Counted from the first letter of the whole stretch, positions 25,559-39,845 are shown. The stretch is 63,663 bases of DNA, filler included, from Bigelowiella natans CCMP2755 (GCA_000320545.1; 5 parts of 5 records of this genome joined end to end with filler, not necessarily neighbours in it), one strand, 5' to 3'. Translations and numbers: made by a program. The notes: generated by a model not told the origin, from the letters alone.

Positions 25559-25747
25559 GTTCTGCCTCGCGTCTCCGAAGACGGAAGAGCACCTGATTGT
25601 GAGGTGTACACGAGCTCGATGAGGAAGGGATAGGGATGGAGAAGAGGAAGAAGAAGAAACACGAGATCATGATGATGTTAGCGATGATGGTGATGATGAG
25701 AACGATGACAACGATGATAACAATGACGATTATTACTACTATAAAGT

Positions 25748-25796
<49 letters not shown>

Positions 25797-25934
25797 CGGG
25801 GGGGGGCAGATGATTCATTCTTCGATTCGCAACATCTGTTCGATGATTTATGTTGTGACTGCAGTTGTCTATTGCTGCTGCTGCTGCTGCTGCTACGGCC
25901 GGAGACCATTGCTAACATGCGTGAGTACGCTCAT

Positions 25935-25966
<32 letters not shown>

Positions 25967-25975
25967 GGTGGTGGT

Positions 25976-26011
<36 letters not shown>

Positions 26012-28400
26012 GATGTTTACGAATCAACAAACAGCGTTGGGGTTCAGAGCTATGTTGCACTTGCGAAAGGTACCCGCTCCTCCCCTCCGCCCTCTCCAAA
26101 ATACATTCAAACTATAACGCTGTGTTATATCGTTATCGTGTGCAAACAAATGTGGGACAGGCCCTTTAGTTCCCAGCCACCTTCTTATTTGCCCGATCGA
26201 GCACGTAGCTACATCAGGTATATTATCTCCTCTCATTATCATCATCATCATCGTCATCGTCACCGTCATCATCATCACCACCATCATCATCATCATCGCC
26301 ACCGCCATCATCATCATCAACATCATCATCGTCACCATCATCGTCATCGTCATCGTCATCATCATCATCATCATCGTCATCATCATCGTCACCATCATCG
26401 TTGCGCGAGTGATATACATCTTCTATCCCCCCCCAGCGTCTAGCACCAAGGACCTCATGGAGGAAATGGAACTCTTCCAGAGCGCCTTACAAAAGTAGAA
26501 GTAGTAGTAATAGTAGCTGTAGTTAGTTGTTCTAGCAGTAGTTAGTTGTTCTAGCAGTAGTTGTTGTGCTGCATGTTCTCTTGCATTTACATCCACGTTT
26601 TGCGATACTCCTGCTTGTCCCTACCCCCCCCCCCCCCCCCTTTGCTGCTGCGTGGTTTATTGCTCTCTCGTTGGAGAATCATTGCCTTGTCAATCGATAC
26701 GACTACTTGCCGATTGAAATCTGCCAAGAGATGAAAGCATTTTTTTTAGATTTTGTGTGTGTTCTTGTTGTCGTCATTTACCGCCGTCGCCCGTGCGCTC
26801 GCTTTTCTCATTTTTGCTTTATTTTCTCCTTTTGATTATTATTATTATTATTAATATATCATTTTGTTTTTGCAAGGTATTATGAGTCTGAAGGCAATGA
26901 GACGCTACTGTGGGAGCGCACGCTGCCAACGAAGGGCGTCTCGCGTACGTTTGAATGCCTTGACTCTTATGGCAGTTTCAGCTAGTTTTCTGTTGATCGC
27001 GAACGCCTTCTCTCTCACCCCCCCCCCCCCGAACTACTCGGCACATTCATCCTCATTTTCCATTTTGCCTCTTCTCTCTGTCGTTTTGTGTAAACATGCA
27101 CTACCAGTTACTACCGGTGGCACCAAGGTACGATATCGAGGAGAAAAGGAGAGGGAGGGGGAAGGGGGGGGGGGGGGAGTTGACGTAGGTAGGTATCGGC
27201 GCGACCATCGGGGGACATCTTTTGGGCGCAATAAGGGAATTTGGCAAGATGAAAAAGTGCCTTTCGATGACATTTTGAGAGATTGTTATGAGAGAGGGGA
27301 GGGGGACACGAAAAATAGCACGGGATTATGAGGCCTGCGGATACCGACCGTCTAACAGGTTTGTGGCCGACGCCGAGAGGAATCTTCTGGGGGAGGCGAA
27401 GAGGCTGGGACTCGAATTCAAGCAAATGGAGAAGGTGATGGATGTTACGATGATGATGATGATGATGATGATGATTTTAATATGACGATATGCTCTTGAC
27501 TATCATCCAATCGCCATTTTTGCCGTCGTCATCGTCTTCTTCTCCTGTACTGTTTGCCCTTCCTCCGTGTTTCTCCCTATTGACCCTGCCTGCTGTGCGC
27601 ACAACAGGGAGCTACGGTGAAGGAAGTGCTAGGGAACATGCCGTTCATTCGCTTCAAGTGAGCGCTCTCTAGCGAGCTAGCATCATCAATCAGTCGAGCA
27701 GCAGCAGCAGCAGCAGTAGCAGTAGTACAGTAGTATGCACATGCATGGGTGTGTATCTAATAGCGGTCTGGTGTGGTAGCATATGGGATGTGCTAGTAGC
27801 AGTAGTAGTAATACATGAAGACATGCGTAGGTGTCTATTCGTCACTCTCTCAGCCTTCCTTCTCGTCCTCCTCCCCCCCCCTCCCATTGATGACCGGTTC
27901 GGTGTGTGCTCGCTTGCTTGCAGGTTTGGGAGAGACGCCCTCTCGTACATCGCGGAAGGTGGGAACTCGTTCGATTCGAGGGATGCTGCTGCTACTCACC
28001 TCCTTCCCCCTCCTCCTCCTCCTCCTCCTCCTCTCCCTCTCCCTCTCCCTCTCCCTCTCCCTCTCCCTCTTCCTTTCCATATCATCTTAACTGGACGAAA
28101 CCGTTATCACCTCGGTGGATTTTGAACATTTACATGTAGTCGACCCCCAAGCGGATATGAGGCCTCTGTTCCCGCTGGTGCGCCGCGCTGTGGGTAATAC
28201 TGCTTGTTTCACGGTGAATATCCGAAGGGAGACTATTATCATCGTATCATCACCGATCTAACCAACCATCCTCATCACTATCATCACTATAATGGCCACT
28301 AATATCGTTCGTTATCACAACCACCAACATAACCAGCAAACGCCATCGGACAAGGGCACCGAGCCAACTGGAAGAGATGTCTCACAGACAGAAAGGATGA
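25559..28400 (+). CDS. Hypothetical multi-exon protein, 5'-truncated at the gap; 3' end approximate
   Basis: Short coding-like exons between microsatellite introns: PSYLPDRARSYIR, TKDLMEEMELFQSALQK, GIMSLKAMRRYCGSARCQRR, RDYEACGYRPSNRFVADAERNLLGEAKRLGLEFKQMEK, GATVKEVLGNMPFIRF, FGRDALSYIAE. Confidence 0.45.
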
Positions 28401-28719
28401 AGTACTGTTTACCAAACACCATCACTACCACTACTACTTCTACGTGCTACTACTAAAAATATTTCTGTTCCTATGGATACTACCCACAACGGGGACACGG
28501 GCAAAAAGACAGAGAGATGTAGTGAATAGAAAAAGAAACGAGAGGAATCGATAAACTGTGTTTCGATGGGATTTTGAGGTCGAGATGTTTCCCCTTATTG
28601 TACTTTTTTTGTAAGGCTCGCATGGTGGAGGCTGTCAAGTCTAAGTTCGCGAAATTTGAGCCACAGTTTGATGATGACGACGATGATTGAGCGAGTCGTC
28701 ACTGGGAAAAGATCTCATT

Positions 28720-29250
28720 TCGCCGAGATCATCTAGATCATGACTAGTCTAGTAGTGCAGAGCTACTAGAGCTAGAGAGATGCACATGTCTAGGTGTGTT
28801 AGTGTGCTTGAGAGCGAGGGTGTCGTGTTTACAACATGTACACACATGAATGTGTATGCTTCAACTTGTCACCTGATCATTAGCGCATCGCAGATCAAAT
28901 TACACATCCCTATTCTAGCTATTGTCTAGGTTGTATCAACAACAAACACATTTAGATACTACTCTAACATTCTTGACTAGAACATCTGACATGCAAATCG
29001 CATCGTAGCAATCTTCGATCCATGTTAGCATGCGGCGCATTTTCCGCCAATGTCATTCACATTTGCAATGCAAGCGGGTCCACATGTTGACATTGCAACC
29101 TTTCATTTAGCGCTGCTCTGCTAGCTAGTCTGGCCTGTTCGTTTGATGGACAGCCAAGCTACATGACTAGATGATGCACAGCAAGACGATGCAGAAAAAC
29201 TATGACATATTGCTACTGAGCTCAAATGATAGTCGCAGCAAATTACGGGT
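28720..29250. other. CTAG-rich, CC/GG-poor intergenic tract
   Basis: Dense ctag/catg/tgca (e.g. actagtctagtagtgcagagctactagagctagag) between convergent genes. Confidence 0.7.
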
Positions 29251-29499
29251 AATTAAATCGACCAGCCAGAACGCAGCCCTTTCATTAGCGTCACAAGAGC
29301 CAGAGAAAATCGGTTGAACTTGACATCATCAAATGGGACTGACCGTAGTCCGAATCTGCAAAATACTCTGCTTTATACCCAACATTGTTGCATACGCTGT
29401 CTAAATTTGACAAAGCTAGTCGATGATTCTGTGGTCAAATTGTTCATTGGTACGATGTGCTTTTATTCCGCCTTCGCAGAAGTAAGCGATTGTTGACGT

Positions 29500-31431
29500 G
29501 TTCAATCAGATTTGTACCTCGCTTCTTCGTAAAGTTCGACATATGTCCTGGCTGCATCACCGTCGAGATGAAACTCTTCCTTCACTGCCTTGATGAAATT
29601 CTAGCTCCACCATGAGCACCAATATTATTAGTAAAATCGAAATGGAAGCAAGAAAACAGGTTGAAACTATATTTGCGCCCACCTCTATTGTTCTAAAGTT
29701 AGAGCATCTCATGTGCGGAAGTCTTTGAATCACAAGATGCTCCACCATCTTCGGAAGATATGTACATGTATTTTAGGACATAACACGTATCATCAATCAA
29801 TCAAGTGCGGTACGATATGGGCCTTGGAAGCAAAGTCCCTGAAGTTTATGATTTCGGTAGCCTTTACTGAATTGAGGAGAGGGTTCAAAATGGGCTTTGA
29901 ACTCCACTCCTAGCATGTATGCAAATACAAGTTAGGTTTATGTCCCGTTTTGATCTAATTTGCATTGTTTCATACCAGGGTACCTACTCCAGCATCCTCT
30001 GGAAGCAGGATTTTTTTCTCAACTTCCGCCTTCATCTTGTCCATCTCGCAGTATCTTTGTATTCCAGGAGCGATAGAAAACCATGCAAACCGAATGAACT
30101 ACAATAGTACATCGATCAATCATGTTGAAACATAAAATTGCAACGACGTGACGTACCTCAATATCCGGAAACTCACGAGCTGATTCACTCAATTCTTGAT
30201 ACCGCCATTTTAGGTAATACATGTACATCGCAATGAGCGCGAAGAACAATGCTCCAAATATGATGAAATGTATAGGCCTGATGTTTTCCCTGAGTGAAAT
30301 ATCAAATAACAAATATTGTCTTCGAAACTGCATTGAATTTTTTTCGGGCTATGTTCTGTTGATTTTGGTCTCAGGGTTGGAGGAACCATGATCATGAATC
30401 ATGAAATATTGATTTGCTACAACCATGGCAACCATAGAGTACATAAGGTACCAATCTCGATGTCTCCCGAAAAGAATCTGGACTGGATCAGATGCATAAT
30501 AATCTCCTAGATCAATTTCTTCCGTAGCTAGGGTTGCAATGAACATGGATGCGCAATGCAGATACAAAGCCGCACTAAGCAAACATGTATTTTAGGACTT
30601 AGGAATGTAGAATATTTGTAGCGGCATTGAACATCAGAAGAAAATAAGAGACAGACTGCAGTTATTAAGATAACAACAAAGCTCTAAGCAAACCACCACT
30701 TGCTGAAACTAAATTATTGGGTAACATGCAAGGAGGTAAATGGTGGAGAAACGAGGCAGGTAATGCGCAATCTGAAAGAAGAAAATGTGAACACATCAAT
30801 CAGAAGTCAGGTGTCCGTACCGAAACATCATTGAGGGGGGAGAAGCTCAGCAGCTTCTAGTCTCCTAGATGCAATGACAGAATTGACATTTGAATACTAG
30901 TTGCAGTTGGTGCTGCATCATCATTTCAGCAGACAATGTTATTTCGAAGTTCTCCCGATCATAAACGAATTTTCCTCTTGTGTCTGTGAAGCCGGCGAGA
31001 TTGAGCTGCTCCAAGAAAACAAGAGAGTCCGATTCCATTCACGATGTCACCAGTGCAAACTATTGCCTAGAAGGGTCTAGAAAGCAGTCAGATTTCCTCG
31101 TTTTAAAGTCTCAGGAATGCACGTGCCTCGCGTACGACAAAATAATTAATCGCATTTATCCGTTGCTCGATTTCAACAGCCGCCTCCTCCCGTCAAAGAC
31201 AGGCATTTGCAGCCATGCGACATCCCTGATCCGCCAGTTTTGGAAGAGGAACCTCAGCTCTTGGTTTTGGTGCTTGGTCTCGTCCGCGTATTGCACGTGC
31301 AATGATAGGAGGACTGGAGGCTGCGACATGTCCTCGTGGATGTTGCAAGTAAAGAATCTCAAAATGTTTTCGCAATTGCTTGATTTCTCGGACGGAGGCA
31401 ACAGCGAGCATCGCGCAACAAAATCCATCAT
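29500..31431 (-). CDS. Hypothetical multi-pass membrane protein, multi-exon with short introns, head-to-head with CKS1
   Basis: Exon-like ORFs 31156-31449, 30349-30582, 30019-30333 and 29557-29748 contain hydrophobic helices (IHFIIFGALFFALIAMYMYYL; IVSTCFLASISILLIILVLMV). Confidence 0.45.
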
Positions 31432-31664
31432 TGATTGGGATACTCGCACAAAGAAAAGGTGGATCTTGAGCTATCTACCATCCATTCCCTTGCCTCTGTC
31501 TGAACAACGCTTCACAAGTCAATTGCCAAACCATCAAGTATTGTCATTAAGTGTCACCGTCATTCTGTTGTTGATGAAGCACGTCAGTGTCTGCCATGGT
31601 CTTGACGCTCACACTGTTCTGAGGAGTGACACCTGTGGTCTATTGGTAAAATTGTTAGGACAAT

Positions 31665-31952
31665 ATGCTTCACTGTGACATTGAATACTCCGAAAAGTAC
31701 CATGATTGCAAATATGAATACCGACACGTCATTCTGCCTAAGGAAATGACAAAGCGAATGCCAAGGGGAAAGCTATTGAGCGAGAAGGAGTGGCGCTCGC
31801 TTGGTGTGCAACAAAGCCGAGGATGGGTTCACTATGAAATTCATAGACCGGAGCCTCACATTCTCTTGTTCAGGCGAAAATTGGGTACAGATCCAAAGAC
31901 AGGAAAGGTTAATCCTAAACTACTGAGAGCTGCGCTTTCAAAACAACAATAA
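31665..31952 (+). CDS. CKS1: Cyclin-dependent kinase regulatory subunit (Cks/Suc1), intronless
   Basis: [17 protein letters not shown]...[35 protein letters not shown] is the canonical CKS signature. Confidence 0.96.
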   Translation: MLHCDIEYSEKYHDCKYEYRHVILPKEMTKRMPRGKLLSEKEWRSLGVQQSRGWVHYEIHRPEPHILLFRRKLGTDPKTGKVNPKLLRAALSKQQ

Positions 31953-31989
31953 CAACGATCAGCATCCGTTAAAAATAAATGTGAATTTG

Positions 31990-32780
31990 AGCATGCACAA
32001 AAATACGTGTACATTCTTGCATGGTGAACAATTAGAAGCTTTTACTCCATGCTAGCATGCATGCATCTGTACCACGTACTAGCAGAGGCCATTCTGCAGT
32101 GTCGCAGGTAGCAACTGAATGGACTGCACCTCTAGACCTGCTGCAGTGCTGCTCTCTAGCTAGTCCTGACATGTCCATGCGTTTCATTTAGATCAACGTC
32201 ATGCTGCATTGCTCAATTTTTCCTGCACTAGCGCAGACTTCATGTTCACTACATGCGTGCTAGCGTGCATCACTAGCTAGCTAGCTACCTAAATGACATG
32301 ACAGACTGTCAAGCACATCTCTAGATCTAGACATGACTAGATGAGTACACATGTGAGTACTAGTGTAGCACATGCCTAGATCTGTCATTTTGCTGAAATA
32401 TGATAGACAACACAACATGATGAATATGTGTATTGGGTTCATATGTAGTTGGTACAGATGTGTTGCACGCGCATGCTAGCGCATGAGTTGTGTCTCCATT
32501 TGCAGCCATGCTAGCATGCTAGCATGTTTCATGGAACAGCTACATGCGGCCTAACTAGCAAGAGGCGCAAGGTCTAGAGGACGTACATTTCCTAACGCAA
32601 GGTTACAAGTGGCTAGATGTGGAGATGGGTGGATCGTTCGTTCATTTGATGAATCTAGCAATGGCAAATTGCTAGACTAGTTCATTCTTTGTGAGCACCA
32701 TGACATGATTAGTTGACAACATCGGTACGTCTAGACGTGCATCTATAGACATTTGAGCCCCTCTAGAGATAATTGCCAAA
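31990..32780. other. CTAG-rich, CC/GG-poor intergenic tract
   Basis: About 26 CTAG counted in 32041-32770; only 3 CC and no GG in 32221-32400. Confidence 0.8.
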
Positions 32781-33220
32781 ATGTGGAAGAACTCCCACGC
32801 GCAGATTAACGGGAACAATGCGACGGTTGTGGGACCGAATGACAGACTAGCGGAGCATCGCTTGTGACTCGTGACTGAGAAGCCAGAGACAAAAAAGTAA
32901 CACTTCGGTTCACCTCAGGTCAGGTCTAGCGCGGCTGATCTCCCATCGCGGACACCCCCCTCAGTCTTCGTTCTTCCACAGCGTGTCGCAGGGTTTGCAT
33001 GTTGGAGGGGGGGGCGATGATCTAACTTCCGATTTCCTTCTTAATTCCTAGATTCGAGCGCTGATATTCCATGTCGCACCGTCGAATTCGTCTGGATTTT
33101 ATGAAGAAATAATTGCCGAAATTCATCGGAAATAGTACTACGGAAGCTCATCCAGCCGGAAGCGGAAAGAGCTGCAGCGGCATTCCCCTCCCCCCACCCG
33201 TGTCCTCTTGAGCTCGTTAG

Positions 33221-35586
33221 ATGGGCTTATGGGTGATCTGCAGTTGGATTCTATTGTTGGGAGGGCCCTCCCATAGCTCCGCTGCCGGGCGGCGACGGGG
33301 CTGCGGCCGCCATGCCTCTCGGTCAGCTGCTTCTGATTCAGTGAAGGTGAGGTTAGGGGGGCGGAACTGGGGCTCGCTGTGGTGGCAACGGTTTTGCGGA
33401 GGCCAGACTATAGAAAAACGAATAGTGGTGGACTTGAGAGAACCAGAGGATCTTCGTGGAGGCAGAAAGTTGTACGACGAAATGACGCGAATGATAGGTA
33501 GGATATCGGTGCGTCTGTGTGTGGGCTAGACATTTATCAGCTCGCCTCCTTGATGGGCTTTTCAGCGAATCAGTATATGATGATGCAAGCTTGAATCTTT
33601 GTGCCTATTTTATCGAAACATACGCACATACCCACCGCCTAAGCTTCCCCACTCTCACAACACACATATACAAGTGAGTGAGTGTGTGTGTGTTTGTGTG
33701 TGCGTGCGTGCACCTATGTGCGATTAGTGGATCTTCACATCTACAGGATGTAAACATCGTATGTATAAACTAAGCTAGTGTGCCGTGCGTATCACTATCT
33801 GCGGTGGCCGTTCTTATTTTATCTTCTGTTTCTCCTTCCGCCTCATCCTTCTTGAAAGACGACGTGACCGAGCAGCATCAAGTCGACCATGGAATTCAGA
33901 ATGTTCGCGATTGGTACAGTATTTTAAAGTATAATAGATCATGTCATGCGTGAGAAAAACATTTAGGAGATGACTATGGAGTGTCAGAGTAACCTATATT
34001 TCTTAATCCCCATAACCATCAATCTCTCTCCCCCCTCCCCCCCTCCCCCTCCCTTCCTTCCGCCCCGATTTTACCGAATCTATCTATGTTATGCAGGATA
34101 TTTCGCAATTATTCTGGCGATGTGCATCCGCGACACGTCCACAACACATATTTGAAGGTGGCCCGCTACCCCTATAGTCTCGAGGCTGCTGCAGCTGCTG
34201 TTAGCGTCACCTCCACGTTTCATGATTCTTGCCTCACGCGGTCGTTTTCTGTGATATATCGTTAAATGAGTAGGCGTGTGCCTTGGCAGCAATGCCTCAG
34301 AGCGCTGAAAAGGGGCTTCTTTACATGCTGAATTGCGAGAATCCTCGTAACCGTGCGCGGCCCAACACACGCTCTTACCGCTTGGTAATGGAGGCCTGGG
34401 CGAGGAAGGAGCCGCCGAGCCCCGACCGAACCGAAAAATGGTACGCTTGTGGTAGATTTCAAAGGAAGGCAGCTTCGATTATGATGATGATTGATGATTG
34501 ATGATTGATGATTGATGATTGATGATGATGATGATGATGATGAGGATGATGGTGATGATGCAAACGCAACAGGTTTCAGAGGATGGTGAGGAGGGGCCTC
34601 ACTCCGGATCTTAGAACGTACCACGCACTGATAAACGCGAGCCGGGCCAACATCTCTCGAGCTGAGTATTGGTTTCGAGAGCTGCAGAGCAGGGCCGATG
34701 TATTCATTGTCACATTTGATGAGAGGAAGTGTGAGGTATATAAAGGGGAGGGTTTGGGGGGGGGGGGGGGAGAAGGGGAAAGAGCACTCAATACAAACAC
34801 ACACACACACACACACATGCACAAACACATGCACATGCACAATACATTAAATAAACATGCTGTCAGGGACCTCGCCCAGAGCGGCCGACCTACACGCTCA
34901 TGAGCACCATCGCCAATCACACGGCGGCCGCCGCACAAGCCGACGACGGGCCGGCAGAAGATGAAGGGAGGTTGCCGGTGTTAGATCAGGATGATGAAGG
35001 CCAGCTGCAGCAGCAGCAGCAGCAGCAGCAGCATCACGACCCAAACTACTACGTATCCGAGGCGAATTTGAAATTCGGCCCGTTAACCCCAAGGCCAACC
35101 CTTGCGCCGATCAGCCCTCCCACGCCCTTCGAGGTGACCGAAGAAGGTTTGAACCGCCTCCTCAAGGAGAAGCAGCAGCTGGTCTCGCAGAAGATGAGTG
35201 CGTATAAGGAGCGGAAGAAGCAGGACCCCGACTTCGAATACACCGAACCCGTCTGGTAGCCGCGATGATGGGATAGACCTATATGTTGTTGACTTTTCCC
35301 ACCCCTTTTATGCCTGTACACCTGACACCGTCGCGCCGAGAGGAAGGGTTGCGGCGAAAGGGGAGCTCGCAGATGCCAAACTGCAAAACGCACACACACG
35401 CACACACACACGCGCGCGCGCGCAAACACAACGACGGATAAAAGGAGGAGGGGATAGAACCTCTGGCGGCGAACTTGGCTGCGATAAGCCGTCGCGTTTC
35501 GAAGCCTCCATCCTCGCCACTCTCAGTTTGATGTGAAGTACATTCGTGTGCTTGTACGTGCGTGTGTGCGTATGTTTGTGCGTGTG

Positions 35587-35631
<45 letters not shown>

Positions 35632-36081
35632 GCACGATTCCACCAGCGACTCGGACTTCAAGTACTTCCGCGTGCCTGACCAAAACAACTGCTCCGACGT
35701 CGTGGCAGCCATCCGGCGTGTATATGACAGGGCAATTCGGAGCATGAGGGGAGACGGCCCTCCACCGCGGCGCACTGACATTGGTAGTACACCATCTTGC
35801 ATGGGGCGCGCCGTTTGCCGTGCGCGTGGGGAAACCGTGTTTTGATAGGGTTGGGGGATGCTCGTGTGCGTGGACGAATGAGTGTCTTTTAGTAGTGCCT
35901 CGGTCTCTTTGAGACATTATCGATCGCGTTGAGCTCTCATCATCCTCATCATCACCATCGTCATCATCAACAACAATCGCAGCAGCGGCGGCGGGCAGTA
36001 TCATTGCTATTATGGTGGCGTCTGTGCACACATACTACTACCATCGCCAAAACCATCATCATCGTCATCATCATCACCATC

Positions 36082-36113
<32 letters not shown>

Positions 36114-36250
36114 CATCATCATTGCTTTTTTGTTCGTCGTTAGAATACGAGCTGCTCTATGCACCTGGGAGAGACAAAGCCAAGGCGGAAGAAATTGCGG
36201 AGCTACTCAGTAAAGAATGCGCTGCCCAGATCGCTGCTGTAGAAAAGGTA
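33221..36250 (+). CDS. Pentatricopeptide-repeat (PPR)-containing protein with N-terminal signal peptide, multi-exon, 3' end lost toward the gap
   Basis: PPR-like units PNTRSYRLVMEAWARK..PDRTEKW|FQRMVRRGLTPDLRTYHALINA...ISRAEYWFREL. Leader MGLWVICSWILLLGGPSHSSAA is followed by an Arg/Ser-rich segment. Confidence 0.6.
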
Positions 36251-36571
36251 GGTACCATATCTTGTAGGAGGGAGGGGGGAGGGGGGGGGGGGGGGGGACC
36301 ACTTTAGGCGCCCCCCCATATTCGTACACCATGGGCCGTTTTTTTGCTAATTTGCTTCTGCCGCTCCTCTTTATATGGCCTTCATGAACCCGATCGGGTC
36401 CGTGTTGTAATCCTATCACTCTATCCCCCTTTCGAATCACGGTATTAACGCCGATACCTTTGGCGTCTGGACTGACAGCGTCTAGGTAGGGCACCACGGA
36501 AGCTTAATATTCCTGCTGATGGCACCTTTTTTTTTATATTCGGGTTTATAAGTTCCATACACGTGCTTGTC

Positions 36572-36671
36572 NNNNNNNNNNNNNNNNNNNNNNNNNNNNN
36601 NNNNNNNNNNNNNNNTTAATTAATTAANNNNNNNNNNNNNNNNNNNNNNNNNNNNNNNNNNNNNNNNNNNN
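36572..36671. other. Assembly gap linker
   Basis: N44-TTAATTAATTAA-N44. Confidence 0.97.
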
Positions 36672-36690
36672 GACCCCCCCCCCCCCCCCC

Positions 36691-36719
<29 letters not shown>

Positions 36720-36724
<5 letters not shown>

Positions 36725-36953
36725 TTCTAACAACAGCATTACCATTATCTGCTACTTGTTTAATAGTGGTGGTGGTGGTGGTAGTAGTAGTAGTATTACC
36801 GGATGAGCTCTGGGTCGAATAGGGTAGGGCAAGTAAACAAGCGCGGCCTCTAATACCTCCAAACATTTCATCCCATATCTGTACCTAAATGATATCATTG
36901 TAGTACAGCATACATGAGTCCAGATTATAATTAAAACATATCTCTTTCTCTCC

Positions 36954-36986
<33 letters not shown>

Positions 36987-38468
36987 CGTGTGTGTACATA
37001 ATTCTGGCCGACATTCTTCCACAATCCCTATAACCCCCATTGTTGATTTTCCTTGTCCTTGTCTCCCCATGTACCACCACCACCACCACCACCACCATCA
37101 TTCCCACCATCTTCATTCATCCCTGCTTCTCATTTTCAACGAACCAACGGGCCACCTCCCTCCCCTCCTCCCTCCCTTTCTTCCTCTCTCACTCACTCAC
37201 TCACTCACCCGTGGGAGTCACGGTCCCCACCATAATATGTGGCAGAGTTCTCAAACACCTTGGAATGATGATGATGATGTGTGTATGCATGTGATGAGCA
37301 TGTTTCGAGGAGGGGCAGGAGGAGGGGCAGCAGCAGCAGCAGCAGCAGCAGGAGGAGGAGGAGGAGGAGGAGGAGGAGGAGTTTTGGTGCGAATTCATTC
37401 ATCTTTGACCTATCTTACGGTGACTACTACTGAACTTGGCAGTCATACCGCCTCCCCCAACAGCTACTACTACTCCTTACTACTACTACTACTACTACTA
37501 CTACAACTACTACTACTGCCAATAATAACAGCAACAGCACTACCATTCGAATGTGCTCTGTGATTTGGTCAACATCAGTATAGTAGTTTGGTTCGTCTGC
37601 AAGCCTGGTGTGGATGGCCAAATAAAAAAAGAAAATGCTTTTACGGCTACAACTACAGCAAGCAATAGCACCACTCACACTACGTCATATAATGAGCTGT
37701 GCTCAGCTGCTTTATTATCAATACCGAAACCATACGTTTCTGCCAGCAGCAGCGGAGAATTAGCATTCAGTGCTATCATCATTCACTCTCCCAAATGCCA
37801 CTCTCCCATACTACTACTGTTGCTACTTTCTTCTAATGTCTGATAGGGCCAGCGGCAGCGGCGTGACGTCGAGATAATCTCCGAAAGTGAGAAATGTCTG
37901 CAGGAACCCAACACAATATTTTTTCTCATGATTGATGATGCGTGACGGTTGTGCTGATGATGAGGGTGTCCAGAGGAGGATAGAAGAAAATCATAGGAGC
38001 AATGGAAAGACACAATACTCTTGCGTGCTGCTATTCCCCCTCCCGCCCCACCCTCTTTTTTGTTTGCCTGAAATTGTATTTGTTGTTTAGACTCACCTCT
38101 GAAAGCGAGGCAATGAGGTAGCGTGCCTCCTCTAGCCTCTCAAGGCGATCGAGAAGTGCAAAACCCTGATTGATTGATGGTGGGGGGAGGAGGGGGAGGG
38201 GGAAGAAAACAACCAAATTTGGAATGATGATGAGGCCAAAACTAGGCCCACATGCACACTGTCACCACTGCGTGAGGAAGAAGAAAAAGAAGAAGAAAAC
38301 TAAGGAAATGGAAAAGGAGAACTACTACCGCTACTATAACTACTACTATTACTACTACTACTAGTAGTAGCAGTAAAAACGACAACGTTCCAAGCAGCAC
38401 CATTCTTGCATTAGTGGAACACCATCTCATCAGCAGCGACGACAGACAATCTCTCAGGCCAAAACAAA

Positions 38469-38515
<47 letters not shown>

Positions 38516-38600
38516 CGCTGTTGTATAACAATTAAAGGCAGCAACCCGCACAATGCCGATGTTCTTAGTCATTGTTATCATTATCGTAGTAGTAGTAGTT

Positions 38601-38642
<42 letters not shown>

Positions 38643-38798
38643 CCGCTTTCCTTAGCAGCAGCGGCTGGCAAGGGTTCCGACATAAACACCGCTGCCATAT
38701 CATCACCATCATCACCCAAGTAGTAACAAATCAGCATCAAAAGCAGATAAGTCGCATTGAAATCAGCCAGTATAAACACAGACACACAGATGCACTCC

Positions 38799-38832
<34 letters not shown>

Positions 38833-39807
38833 CAAATGTCAATACATCTTTTTGAGTACGTCCGTATGTTCGTGCATGTTTGTGTTTGAATTTGCTAACA
38901 AATACGGGACAATCCCTGCTGCTAGATCTCCTCCGTGTAATTGTTAGTATTATTATCATTATTATAATGATACTTATTATTGTTGTTGTTGTTGTTATTT
39001 GCGTGCGTCATATTACCAACATAGGGCGGGGAATCCACTTCCTATGTGCTCGAGACTTTTTCCCTGTCGGCGTTCATCGTCGTCAAATTAGTGTTGTTCA
39101 ATGTGTGATGCAAGTAAACATATACACGGCGGAGGAGATGAAAGAAGCCTGCCATCGAGATGTTGTTGTTATTGTTGTTGTTGTTGATGATGATGATGAT
39201 GGTAATGATGATAACCGGCCAAGAGTGTGAATGAATAAACACGTAATAGTAATTTAAACAAAAAGAAAACCTGAAGACGTAGTGGGCCGCGGATCTTGGC
39301 CGTATGATTTTGCATGGAAGAAGGTCTGAATGATACGCATCATCATCATCATCATCATCATCATGAGTGTCGTCATCATGATCGTAATTAGTATCATCGT
39401 GTGCATCCCAAAGCACATATCTCCTGGCTGCCTCCCCTCCCTCCTCACGAGAAGGATTATCACAGCATCGTCATCATCATCGTCATCATCATCATCATCT
39501 GTTTTTCAGTACATGGCACATTAAGCAAGGTGGTAGGTAATAAGCGAAATATGTACCATATGCTCAGATATATGTCGTATGTTTATCGATTGTCGTTGTT
39601 ATTGTTGTTGCTGTTATTGTCGTAATACCAATGATGGTAAGTCTGGCTGGTAGAGGTGAGGCGTATCGTGCACCTTGACCCCCCATTTACGGAATTTGCG
39701 CTGGTGACGGTATACCTTTGGAGTGTTGATGTTGTTGTTATGGTAGACACCGGTCAGATATATTACAATAAACACACAAGCACATACACACACTCAAAAC
39801 AATATGT

Positions 39808-39845
<38 letters not shown>

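Noticed and set aside
25277-25560. Homopolymer-rich odd sequence beside gaps (also 36300-36571 and 48295-48430)
   Set aside because: It looks like low-quality read ends after poly-G/C runs.
30980-31678. 232-aa plus-strand ORF upstream of CKS1
   Set aside because: It has a GTG start, overlaps a more plausible minus-strand exon, is in a different frame from CKS1 and has no motif.
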